From assembly GCA_030390025.1 (NCBI GenBank), contig CM059432.1, positions 118,856,001 through 118,920,000 of the forward strand: a stretch of DNA of 64,000 nucleotides, given 5' to 3'. How positions within the stretch are numbered: position 1 is the first letter of the stretch; each line of letters starts with the position of its first letter. The notes beneath the pieces were generated by a model. It worked only from the letters and a program-made list of their open reading frames with translations. It was not told where the DNA came from and did no database searches. The position numbers were made by a program, and so were the translations under genes. The stretch is from Squalus acanthias (taxonomy: Eukaryota). Below, piece after piece: positions 13,381 through 24,679 of the stretch.

Positions 13381-14074
13381 CTTCTCCCTCCTTATTGAAG
13401 AAGTTTATCATAGCAAATAATCATTATACATGACTTGCATGGTATACACATCTCTTGGTATACATTTCTCAAATGGAACCCATTTTATGTTTCCAAATTC
13501 TGCTACAGAATTCTGTAACACAAACAAACGATATGTACTTATTTTCCATCTTTACAAATTAAACTTTACCACTGGTTTTCTGTTTCGAAGAGGATTCCTT
13601 CTTCCTTGAACAGAACTTTCAGATGTTGTTGGAGGACTTTGACTCATTCTAGGCTGAGCCTGCGGATAATTTTTCTCCAAGGGCTGACCTTGATCTACAT
13701 TTGGACTCGCTACACTTTCAGACTGTTTGTCTGCTTGACTCGGGCTCAGACTTAAATTCAGACTTTGTCTTGGACTTGTTTCTGGTATGTCTGATGTAGG
13801 ATTTGGTATTCTACCTGTAACAAGACTATCTGACTCATCAGAATAAATTGAATCATCCCAGCTTTCAACTCCTTCCACATCTGTAGGTAAGATATGATCA
13901 ATGTGAACAAACCTAACCTTTCCACGATCAAACATCTTGACCAAATATGTGCGAAGGCCACATATCTTCACTACTCTTCCTGGTAACTACTTTAACCATT
14001 TATGGTGATGGTTCTTCACTCTAACCTTCTGGTTCAACTTCACACTTCTCTCTCTAACTCTGCCTTTATCATGA

Positions 14075-14279
14075 TGTGGAGATGCCGGTGTTGGACTGGG
14101 GTGGACAAATGTGAGAAGTCGCACAACACCAGGTTATAGTCCAACAGTGTTATTTGAAATCACAAGCTTTCGGAGCGCTGCTCCTTCGTCAGGTGAACCT
14201 GACGAAGGAGCAGCGCTTCGAAAGCTTGTGATTTCAAATAAAACTGTTGGACTATAACCTGATGTTGTGCGACTTCTTA
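14075..14279. mobile_element. Short Penelope-type insertion: tail + pLTR + inverted pLTR
   Basis: 12-bp TSD cctttatcatga (14063-14074, 14280-14291); ~83-bp inverted arms 14111-14194 / 14197-14279; homologous to the 3' end of the GIY-YIG element at 29761. Confidence 0.85.
14160..14196 (-). ncRNA. Minimal type I hammerhead ribozyme motif
   Basis: TCAC-CTGACGA-A-GGAGC(agc)GCTCC-GAAA-GC-TT-GTGA: core boxes, 5-bp stem II, palindromic AAGCTT stem III, 4-bp stem I. Confidence 0.75.
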
Positions 14280-16441
14280 CCTTTATCATGACTCTCTTTC
14301 TGCCTTGATTGTTTCTCTCCTACAGACTGTGCAAAGTTTGGCTTTAACAACGAGAACCTGGTTCGTGGCTGTCATTTGAGAAACAACTCTGCTGGTTTTC
14401 TACCAGTAGTGGTATGAGGAGTATTCCGATAGGTAATCAGAAAATTTGCCAGTTTGTGGTCCAACGACAACTGACATTTCTTTGGATTTGGATCCAACAT
14501 TTGCTTGATGAGGGCATGTTTGACAATTTGTATTGTGCGCTCTGCTGCATCATTTGAAGCAGGGTGGTACGGTGGAACTTTGGTATGTTTCACATCGTTG
14601 CTGCTCATGAACTGTGTGAACTCTTCTGAACAAAATTGTGAGCCATTATCAGACACAATTTCTTCTGGGAGGCCGTATGAAGAAAACAATCTTCGCAAAT
14701 AGTCTAGTGTTTTACTTGTTGTTATTCTCCGCATCGGAAACACCTCTACCCACTTCAAGTGACTATCTATCACTATGAACAATTGCTGTCCTAGCTCAGC
14801 AAAATCTACATGTAACCTTTGCCATATTCTGGGAGGCCATTTCCATGGCAGTAATGGTACTGATGGTGGTTTCTTGCCCACCGATTGACATGTTGTACAC
14901 TGACTGACTATGTACTCTATCTCTTTATCTAAACCCGGCCACCATAAGTAACTGCGTGCAAAACTCTTGGTCAAGCACATTCCCAGGTGCTGGTCATGAA
15001 GATCTCCTAACAATTTAGACCTGAACCTATTTGGGATAACTACTCTTGCTCCCCACATGATACAATCTCTATCCACTGACAATTCATTCCTATGATACCT
15101 GGTTTGTCCATCCATTTGCTATGTAATCATACACCTTTGACATAATTGGATCACGTTTGGTTGCCCTACCAATCTCTTCAGCTGTGACTGGCAGCTCATC
15201 AATGTATGAGAAATAGAACAGTTCTTCCTTATTGGGTGTAACTTGTGATGGGGATGGCAACCTGGACATAGCATCAGCATTACTGTGATCAGCTGATCGT
15301 CTGTACTCAATGTCATACGTATACACTGACAAAATCAAAGCCCATCTCTGCATTCGGGCTGCAGCTAAGGTTGGAACTGGGGACTTTGGATGGAGGATTG
15401 CTGTCAGGGGCTTATAGTTAGTAACTATGGTAGACTTCCAACCAACCAAGTACTTGTGAAACTTCTTGACCCCAAAAATCAATGACAAATCTTCCCTTTT
15501 GATCTGCGCATCATTCTGCTCACTGGCACTGAGAATACGTGGAGCAAAAGCAATTGGTTTCTCCTCCCCACTATCTAGTACATGAGAGATCACTGCCCCA
15601 ACTCCACATGGAGAGGCGTCACATGCGAGCTTGATCTCCTTAGATACATCATAGTGAACTAACATGGCACTCTCTACTAACTGGCTTTTACACTCTTTGA
15701 ATGCTGTGTCGCATTCTTTTGACCACTTCCAAGGGACCTGTTTTCTCAACAGCTCATTCAGTAGATGTAACAATGTAGTCAATTTTGTGAGGAACTTTCC
15801 GTAATAATTCAAAAGACCCAAAAATGATCGAAGTTCAGAGACATTCTTGGGAATGGGTGCATTTCTATTGCATCCAGCTTTCCTTTGGTTGGCTGTAAAC
15901 CATGTTTGTCTACTCTGTGCCTTTAGTACTCCACTGAGTTTTGAAACAACTCACACTTGTGAGCTGTCACTCGTACTCTGTGCTTCTCTAGCCGTTTGAG
16001 CACTTCATTCAACACCTCATCATGGATTTGCCTGTTTGGTGCTGGAATGAATATGTCATCCAAATAACACACTACCCCTTCAATCCCTTGCAAAATTTGG
16101 TTCATCACCTCCTGGAATATGTCAGGGGCAGAAGACACTCCAAATGGTAGCCTATTGAACTGATATAAGCCTCGGTGAGTATTTATAGTCAAGCATGACT
16201 TGGACTCTTCATCTAACTCAAGTTGTAGGTAGGCGTTTGTTAGACCTAACTTTGAAAAGATCTGGCCACCTGTCAGCATTGTGAACAAATCTTCCACATT
16301 TGGTAACGTATTGGGTAGATTACACTCCAGAACCTGGTTTACGGTTACCTTATAATCACCACATAACCTTACCTTACCATCTGACTTGGGTACAACAACA
16401 ATAGGTGTAGCCCAATTACTCAGATCTACCTTAAAGATAAT

Positions 16442-17175
16442 GGGCTAGAAATTGGGTACCTTAGCGCCTCCGGGGGCGCTAATGGGGCACAAACGACTTT
16501 TTGCCCGGGCACGGTGCCACTAATGACTCCCCCTAAATTCAGCGGGGATTTAGTGGCGGCGGTAACCAGCAGCGCCCCGCTCTGCTTCGGAGGTGATCAC
16601 CGTGTGCAACGCCCTGTTTTCGCCCCGTCTGCAAAATTGACCCGTGATCCCTGAATCTGCGCCGGCCGATGACAGCGCCCGATTCAGGGGGCGGGAACGG
16701 AGCAGCAGGAGGCTCGCAGGCCGCTAACTAAAGGGGAGGTGGCGGGCGGGGAAAAAAAATCGTCTGACTTTCTTGTCGAGGCCCATTGTGTCTTTGAACG
16801 CGGGGTCCGTGCTGCGATCTGGCAGCCCGGCACTCCTCTTGCGTGCCACGCTGTTGGCATGGCACCCCGCTCCCCGATGGTCCAGGTAGGGCCCCGCACA
16901 GTTGTGGGCTTGGGCCCTCCCCTTCAATGAGGGGAAGAGCCCTTCCATGCGGCAGCGCTATGTGGCCCAGTGCGTAGCGCTGCAGAACGCATTGCCCCGA
17001 TATTCGGGTTTAGCGCGCTAAGAAAGTACTGGAGCGCTTGAATTAGTGTTCCACCTCCCTCTTGGGGCACTAAAACTGAATTTTGTGGTCGCTGGTGCTA
17101 ATTAGCGGCGGGCGCTAATGTTTGAGCCCAAACGATGTTAGCGCCCCAAAATGGTCGCTACCGAATTTTTCCACC
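16442..17175. mobile_element. GC-rich Harbinger-type MITE inserted in Gypsy RT
   Basis: TIRs gggctagaaattgggta / taccgaatttttccacc; TSD AAT. Removing it restores ...KTENI-IFKVDLSNWATPIVVVPK. Confidence 0.88.
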
Positions 17176-17993
17176 AATGTTCTCAGTTTTTCGTCTTTTG
17201 AGTTCTTGCTCAACTTTCTCCTTGAGTGCGTATGGTACGGGACGTGGCTTGCAGTAAACTGGTCTTGTGTCCTTCTGCACTCTGATACTCGCCTTCAAGT
17301 CTTGGATCGGACTGCTCGTTTCGCTGAACATCTTCGGATACTGCTTTATGACATCACCTTTCAATGCACTTTTGCTTCCACATGAAAAATCTCATTCCAA
17401 TCCAGCTTCAGTGATCCCAACCAAATCCTACCTATCAAGGCAGGCTTGTCTTCTGCCACTACTATGAGAGGCAAGCTCTGACACTGATCCTTGTATTTCA
17501 CTGGTATGGCGACACTTCCTACTTCAGGGATTTGCAGTTCTGAGTAACCTCGCAGCTCCACCTTCGATTTCTCTAGTCGATAATCATGCAACTTGTCACG
17601 ATATAGTGATTCCGGTACTACACTCACGGATGCACCAGTGTCGATTTCCATGGGTATCCAGGTTCCTGCGACATCTACTTGGATGATGATACCTCGCGAA
17701 TCGCTGTTAGATACCTTCGTTCTCCTGATGACGTGAATCTCCAGAAGCTCTTCATCTTGCTGCTTCTCTTCAACGGTATGTAGTGTCTGGCGATTTCTAC
17801 TTCTAGCATCGCCAGTCGGTTTACTCTTCTGTCGGCATGCCTTTGCAAGATGTCCAGTTTTCTTGCAGTTGAGACACTCTGCCTTCACATATGGGCAGCT
17901 TTGAGCGATATGTTGTCCCAGGCACCGATAGCAAGACTTCAATGCACTGTTACCTTGGCCAGTTGCTGAAGCCTTGGGCCCAACTGCCTTTTT

Positions 17994-18028
17994 CTGACGA
18001 AGGGTCATCGACCTGAAACGTTAACTCT
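17994..18028 (+). ncRNA. Minimal hammerhead ribozyme motif (5' strand of stem I largely missing)
   Basis: CTGACGA-A-GGGTC(atc)GACCT-GAAA-CG-TT-AACTCT. Confidence 0.65.
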
Positions 18029-18122
18029 GTTTCTCTCTCCACGGATGCTGCCTGACCTGCTGAGTATTTCCAGCATTTTCTGTTTTTATTTCAGATTTCC
18101 AGCATCCGCAGTATTTTGCTTT
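17994..18122 (+). mobile_element. Short hammerhead-containing repeat (family 2, probable Penelope pLTR derivative) inserted in Gypsy gag
   Basis: 9-bp TSD tgccttttt (17985-17993, 18123-18131); a second copy lies at 62584-62688. Confidence 0.8.
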
Positions 18123-18870
18123 TGCCTTTTTGTTTTAGCCTGCAGCCGATTAACCTCGGTTGTCTGACGATTGGAAATGGCGTGAAACTCTCGTGAGTAT
18201 CGGTTAGCCATATCCATCGACATAACTGTCTGACAAACTAAGTCAAAATCAAGTTAGGGGTTGTCAACAATTTACTTCTAATACGTTCATTTTTCAACCC
18301 ACAAACAAAGCAGTCACGCAAAGCTTGGTCCTGAAAGTTTCCGAAATGACAGTGAATGGATAGCTTTTTTACTCACTGATACCCTCGTCATTTAATTGAT
18401 CACGTGTTCCAAAACGATAACTTTGAGCAATTTCCAGGGGCTCAGGACTGTAGTGCGAGAATCTCCTTCAGTGGTGTGTCCTTCGGCTTGGCGGGAACAA
18501 GCACATTTTTCAGGGTTTCATACACCTCGGGGCCGGCCTCAGTCAAAAAATAGCCCGTTTCCTTTCTAAAACCACCCGGTTACGGTTTACATCATCGGGG
18601 ACGTCGACGATACTTTTCGCGGTGAAAAACATTTCTAGCCACTCCACATATGCTCCGAAAGTCTCTCGATCATGATCGAACTCGCCCGAGCGCCCTATTA
18701 TTCCCCAAGGCGCGGCGATCTGGACACTGGCAATGTTGACAGTTCAACCACGTGCGCTTGAAATTACTTCAGATTTTTTAATTTTTCTGCAAAGCGAACA
18801 ACATCTAACAAGTCCGTCCATCGGTTGGCAGGGATATCCTTCAACAAAAATTTCAGCAAGGGAATCTGCA

Positions 18871-18888
18871 TTCCCATCCTCATCGCCA
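18871..18888 (-). promoter_or_regulatory. Primer-binding site, tRNA-Ser-like
   Basis: TGGCGATGAGGATGGGAA, 4 nt inside the 5' LTR boundary; near-complement of the recalled vertebrate tRNA-Ser(GCU) 3' end ...AUCCCAUCCUCGUCGCCA. Confidence 0.8.
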
Positions 18889-18983
18889 ATTCTGTGATAT
18901 CGTGGGACACAGCATATATATACAACTGCACAACATGGCTTCTGGTAAGAACTGTACTGCCCATGTGCTTTATTATTTTATAC

Positions 18984-21900
18984 AGAGCTTTTTGAGCCAG
19001 CATGTAGAAAGTCCTACAAGAGAGGGGGCGGTACTGGACCTAATTCTAGGGAATGTAACCGGGCAAGTGGTAGAAGTGTCAGTAGGAGAGCATTTTGGTG
19101 ACAGTGACCATAATTCGGTGAGATTTAAGGTAGTCATGGAAAAGGACAAAGATGGACTGGAAATAAAGGTTCTAAATTGGGGGAAGGCCGATTTTAATAT
19201 GATAAGGCAGGATCTGGCCAAAGTGGACTGGGATCAGCTACTTGTAGGAAAATCCACATCAAAGCAGTGGGAGTCATTCAGAAAGGAAATAGAGAGAGTA
19301 CAGCGCCAACATGTTCCCGTAAAGGTCAAGGGTGGGACCAACAAGTCCAGGGAACCCTGGATGTCAAGGGATATACAAGAATGGATTAGGAAAAAAAGGG
19401 AGGCTTTTGGCAGATACAAATGACTAAAAACAGTGGAAATCCTAGAGGAGTATAGAAAGTGCAGGGGGGTATTTAAAAAATAAATTAGGAGAGCGAAGAG
19501 GGGGCGTGAATAAACACTGGCGGGCAAAATAAAGGAAAATCCCAAGGTGTCTTATAAGTATATTAAGGGCAAGTAGATAACCAGGGAAAGAGTAGGGCCC
19601 ATTAGGGACTAAAGTGGCAATCTGTGTGTCGAGCCGAAAGATGTAGGTGAGGTTTTAAATGAATATTTTGCATCTGTGTTCCCTATGGAGAAGGACGATG
19701 TAGGCATAGAAATCAGGCAGGGGGATTGTGATATACTTGAACAAATTAGCATTGAGAGGGAGGAGGTACTAGCAGTTTTAACGGGCTTTAAAGTGGATAA
19801 ATCCCCAAGACCAGACGAGATGTATCCCAGGCTGCTGTGTGAGGCAAGGGAGGAGATTGCAGGGGCACTGACACAAATTTTCAGAACCTCTCTGGCCATA
19901 GGGGAGGTACCAGAAGACTGGAGACTGCTAATGTAGTACCATTATTCAAGAAGGGTAGTAGGGATAAACCAGGGAATTGCAGGCCAGTGAGCCGTACATC
20001 AGTGGTAGGGAAATTATTGGAAAAATTCTGAGGGACAGAATTAGTCTCCACTTGGAGAGGCAAGGATTAATCAAGGATAGTCAGCATGGCTTTGTCAGGG
20101 GGAGATCATGTCTAACCAAAATGATTGAATTTTTCAAGGGGGTGACCAGGTGTGTGGATGAGGGTAGTGCAGTTGATGTAGTCTACATGGACTTCAGTAA
20201 GGCTTTTGACAAAGTCCCGCATGGGAGACTGGTTAAGAAGGTAAGAGCCCATGGGATCCAGGGCAATTTGGCACATTGGATCCAAAATTGGCTTAGTGGC
20301 AGGAGGCAGAGGGTGATGGTCGAAGGATGTTTTTGTGACTGGAAGCCTGTGTCCAGTGGTGTACCGCAGGGATTGGTGCTGGGTCCTTTGCTGTCTGTAG
20401 TATACATTAATGATTTAGATATGAATGTAGGAGGTATGATCAGTAAGTTCGCAGATGACACGAACATTGATGGAGTGGTAAATAGCGAGGAGGGAAGCCT
20501 CAGGCTACAGGATGATATAGATGGGTTGGTCAGATGGGCAGAACAGTGGCAAATGGAATTTAACCCTGAAAAGTGTGAGGTGATGCATTTTGGGAGGACT
20601 AACAAGGCAAGGGAATACACAATGAATGGTAAGACCCTAGGAAGGACAGAGGATCAGAGGGACCTTGGTGTGCATGTACATAGATACCTGAAGGCAGCAG
20701 GACAGGTAGATAAGGTGGTTAAAAAGGCATATGGGATACTTGCCTTCATTAGCTGAGGCATAGAACATAAGAGCAGGGAGGTTATGATGGAGCTGTACAA
20801 AACTCTAGTTAGGCCACAGCTGGAATACTGTGTGCAGTTCTGGTCGCCACACTATAGGAGGGATGTGATTGCATTGGAGAGGGTGCAGAGGAGATTCACC
20901 AGGATGTTACCTGGGCTGGAGCGTTTCAGCTACGAAGAGAGACTGGACAGGCTGGGGTTGTTTTCCTTAGAGCAGAGAAGGCTGAGGGGGGACCTGATTG
21001 AGGTGTACAAAATTATGAGGGGCATAGATAGGGTAGATAGAAAGGAACTTTTCCCCTTAGTAGAGGGGTCAATAACGGAACATTTAGATAAACATAATTT
21101 AATAGGACAAAGTCAGCATGGCTTTATGAAGGGGAAGTCATGTCTGACAAATTTGCTCGAGTTCTTTGAGGACATAACGTACAGGGTGGATAAAGGGGAA
21201 CCAGTAGATGTAGTGTATTTAGACTTCCAGAAGGCATTCAACAAGGTGCCACATAAAAGATTATTACTCAAGATAAAAAATCACTGGATTGGGGGTAATA
21301 TTCTGGCATGGGTGGAGGATTGGTTATCTAACAGGAAGCAGAGAGTTGGGATAAATGGTTCATTCTCGGACTGGCAACCAGTAGCCAGTGGTGTTCCGCA
21401 GGGGTCGGTGCTGGGTCCCCAACTCTTTACAATCTATATTAACGATTTGGAGGAGGGGACCGAGTGTAACATATCAAAGTTTGCAGATGATACAAAGATG
21501 GGAGGGAAAGTAGAGAGTGAGGAGGACATAAAAAACCTACAAGGGGATATAGACAGGCTGGGTAAGTGGGCAGAGATTTGGCAGATGCAATACAATATTG
21601 GAAAATGTGAGGTTATGCACTTTGGCAGGAAAAATCAGAGAGCAAGTTATTATCTTAATGGCGAGAAACTGGAAAGTACTGCAGTACAAAGGGATCTGGG
21701 GGTCTTGGTGCAAGAAAATCAAAAAGTTAGTATGCAGGTGCAGCAGGTGATCAAGAAAGCCAATGGAATGTTGGCTTTTATTGATAGGGGACTAGACTAT
21801 AAAAACAGGGAGGTATTGCTGCAGTTGTATAGGGTATTGGTGAGACCGCACCTGGAGTACTGCATACAGTTTTGGTGTCCATACTTAAGAAAAGACATAC

Positions 21901-22826
21901 TTGCTCTCGAGGCAGTACAAAGAAGGTTCACTCGGTTAATTCTGGGGATGAGGGGGTGGACATACGAGGAGAGGTTGAGTAGATTGGGACTCTACTCATT
22001 GGAGTTCAGAAGAATGAGAGGCGATCTTATTGAAACATATAAGATTGTGAAGGGGCTTGATCGGGTGGACGCGGTGAGGATGTTCCCAATGATGGGTGAA
22101 ACTAGAACTAGGGGACATAATCTTAGAATAAGGGGCTGCTCTTTCAAAACTGAGATGAGGAGAAACTTTTTCACTCAGAGGGTAGTGGGTCTGTGGAATT
22201 TGCTACCCCAGGAAGCTGTGGAAGCTACTTCATTAAATAAATTTAAAACAGAAATAGACCGTTTCCTAGAAGTAAAGGGAATCAGGGGTTACGGGGAACG
22301 GGCTGGAAATTGGACATGAGTTTGAGTTCGAATCGGTCAAGGCCCTGTGGGTGGCGGAGCGGGCCCAGGGGCCAAGTGGCCTGGTCCTGCTCCTACTTCT
22401 TGTGTTCTTTAGAGTTGAGGTTGGATCAGATCAGCCATGATCTCATTGAATGGCGGAGCAGGCTCGAGGGGCCGATTGGTCTACTCCTGCTCCTATTTCT
22501 TATGTTCTTATGTTCTTATGTTCTTATAACCAAGGGGCATTGTTTCAAGATAAGGGGCAGGAGGTTTAGAGGGGATTTAAGGAAAAACTTTTTCACCCAG
22601 AGGGTGGTTGGAATCTGGAACTCACTGCCTGAAAGGGTGGTAGAGGCAGGAACCCTCACAACATTCAAGAAGCATTTAGATGAGCACTTGAAATGCCATA
22701 GCATACAAGGATACGGACTAAGTGCTGGAAAATGGGATTAGAATAGATAGGGCTTGATGGCCGGCGCGGACACAATGGGCTGAAGGGCCTCTTTCTGTGC
22801 TGTAAAACTCTATATGACTCTATGAC
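18984..22826 (+). mobile_element. CR1 LINE, 5'-truncated, (GACTCTAT)n tail, itself interrupted at 21077-22525
   Basis: APE end (PTREGAVLDL, SDH), RT (DFSKAFDKVPH, GVPQG, KFADD, RPQLEYCVQFW); several stops. Confidence 0.92.
21077..22525 (+). mobile_element. Young CR1 LINE (different subfamily), 5'-truncated, (TTCTTATG)n tail
   Basis: Uninterrupted RT ORF to 22319; TSD ataac (21072-21076, 22526-22530); an empty-site equivalent is visible in the sister copy at ~32180-32200. Confidence 0.92.
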
Positions 22827-23934
22827 TAGTCACCAGGTGATGTTATTACTTGTTGAAGATAGTCATTGCCTGTCACTTGTGTGGCGCAAATGTTACTTGC
22901 CACTTATCAGCCCAAGCCTGAATGTCATCCAGGTCTTGATGCACGCAGGCATAGACTGCTTCATTATCTGAGGAGATGCACATGGAACTGAACATTGTGC
23001 AATCATCAGCAAACATCCCCACTTCTTACCTTGTTATGGAGGGAAGCTCATTGATGAAACAGCTGAAGATGGTTGGGCATAGGACACTGCCCTGAGGAAC
23101 TCCTGTAGCAATATCCTGGGGCTAAGATGATTGACCTCCAACAATCATCTTCCTTTGTGCGAGGTATGACTCCAGCCAATGGAGAGTTCTCCCCCTATTC
23201 CCATTGACTTCAGTTTTACTAGGGCTCTTGATGCCACACTCGGTCAAATGCTGCCTTGATGTGAAGGGCAGTCACTCTCACCTCAGCGTTGGAATTCAGC
23301 TCTTTTGTCCATATTTGGACCAAGGCTGTAATGAGGTCTGGAGCCGAGTGGTCCTGGCGGAACCCAAACTGAACATCAGTGAGCAGGTTATTGGTGAGTA
23401 AGTGCTGCTTGATAGCACTGTCAATGACACCTTCCATCACTTTGCTGATGATTGAGAGTAGACTGATGGGATGGTAATTGGCTGGATTGGATTTGTCCTG
23501 CTTTTTGTGGACAGGACATACCTGGGCAGTTTTCCACATTGTCGGATAGATGCCAGTGTTGTAGCTGTACTGGAACAGCTTGGCTAGAGGCACGGCTTGT
23601 TCTTGAACACAAGTCTTCAGTACCTCAACTGGGATGTTGTCGGGGCCCACAGCCTTTGCTGTATCCAGTGCGCTCAGCCTTTTCTTGATTTCACGTGGAG
23701 TGAATTGAATTGGCTGAAGATTGGCTTCTGTGATGGTGGGGAACTCGGGAGGAGGCCGATATGGATCATCCTCTTGGCACTTCTGTCTGAAGATGGTTGC
23801 AAATGCTTCAGCCTTGTATTTTGTACTCGCATGCTAGGCTCTGCCATCATTGAGGTGAGAGTGACTGCCCTTGACATCAAGGCAGCATTTGACTGAGTGT
23901 GGCATCAAGAAGCCCTAGTAAAACTAAAGTCAAT

Positions 23935-24679
23935 GGCCCAGAAATTGATCTCGCTCTGTTCCCGCGGGGGTAAGGCTTCCCCGCGCTCTCTCACTCCGCT
24001 TGTGATTTTTCAGATCCAGCTCGCACGAACTTGATGTTCCAGACATCAGCTGGGCAGTGCTTGCATATCCCACCGGCGTAGTGAATTCGTGCGAGCTGTG
24101 GGATCACGTGACTCAGTTAGAGCCAATGGCAGCACACCATCTTCCATTCATAAGTTTCACATACGTGCTGTAAAATCTATGAATCTTACACCCCCCCAAA
24201 ATAACAGCTAAACCTCAATTAAATTTAAAAAAAAACCCCATCACATTAATAAAATAAGTATAGTTAAATAAATTAACCATTTTAAATAAAAAATTAAATT
24301 TTTGAAAAAATTTTAAATCTTTTAAAAAGTTATAAAAATAAACTTACCTGTCTTTAAAGTCTCTAAAAAAGATATACCTGTTAAAAAAAATTCAAAAAAA
24401 TACTTAATTCACTACTTACCTTGTTAAAAGTGGGTCTTACTCCTCCTTTTTCCATTTCTAAAATCTTCCGTACTTACCTGCGCGTCCAAAGCATGAAGTG
24501 CACAGCGTGCGCGCAGCCTGTAGCGCGCACGCGATGCACCGAGGAACTGCCCCCTTTTCCAAAGAGCAAGTGCCGGTTTTCAGCGCATGCGCAGGGCATG
24601 CAGAAAACCGGCAATTGGAGAGTGAATACGCGAGAGTACGCAGTGCGTACTCTCGCGTCGCGGGATGAATTTTTGGCCC
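23935..24679. mobile_element. Harbinger-type MITE, M1-related
   Basis: TIRs ggcccagaaatt / aatttttggccc; TSD AAT. Confidence 0.88.

Larger units (their letters stand above)
12492..22849 (-). mobile_element. Ty3/Gypsy LTR retrotransposon (Mag-like), full-length but decayed and interrupted
   Basis: Gag with two Zn knuckles (CYRCLGQHIAQSC, CLNCKKTGHLAKAC), protease DTGASVS, RT YLDD, RNase H ACDAS, integrase HHCC + VDF/SDNG in Gypsy order; paired LTRs, PBS and PPT. Confidence 0.93.
18893..22849 (-). repeat. 5' LTR of the Gypsy element (18893-~18983 plus 22827-22849), split by a CR1
   Basis: Matches the 3' LTR with about 6 mismatches over ~108 aligned bases. Confidence 0.88.

Noticed and set aside
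20784..22319. 511-aa ORF as a host or domesticated RT gene
   Set aside because: Explained by a nested CR1 insertion with a TSD.
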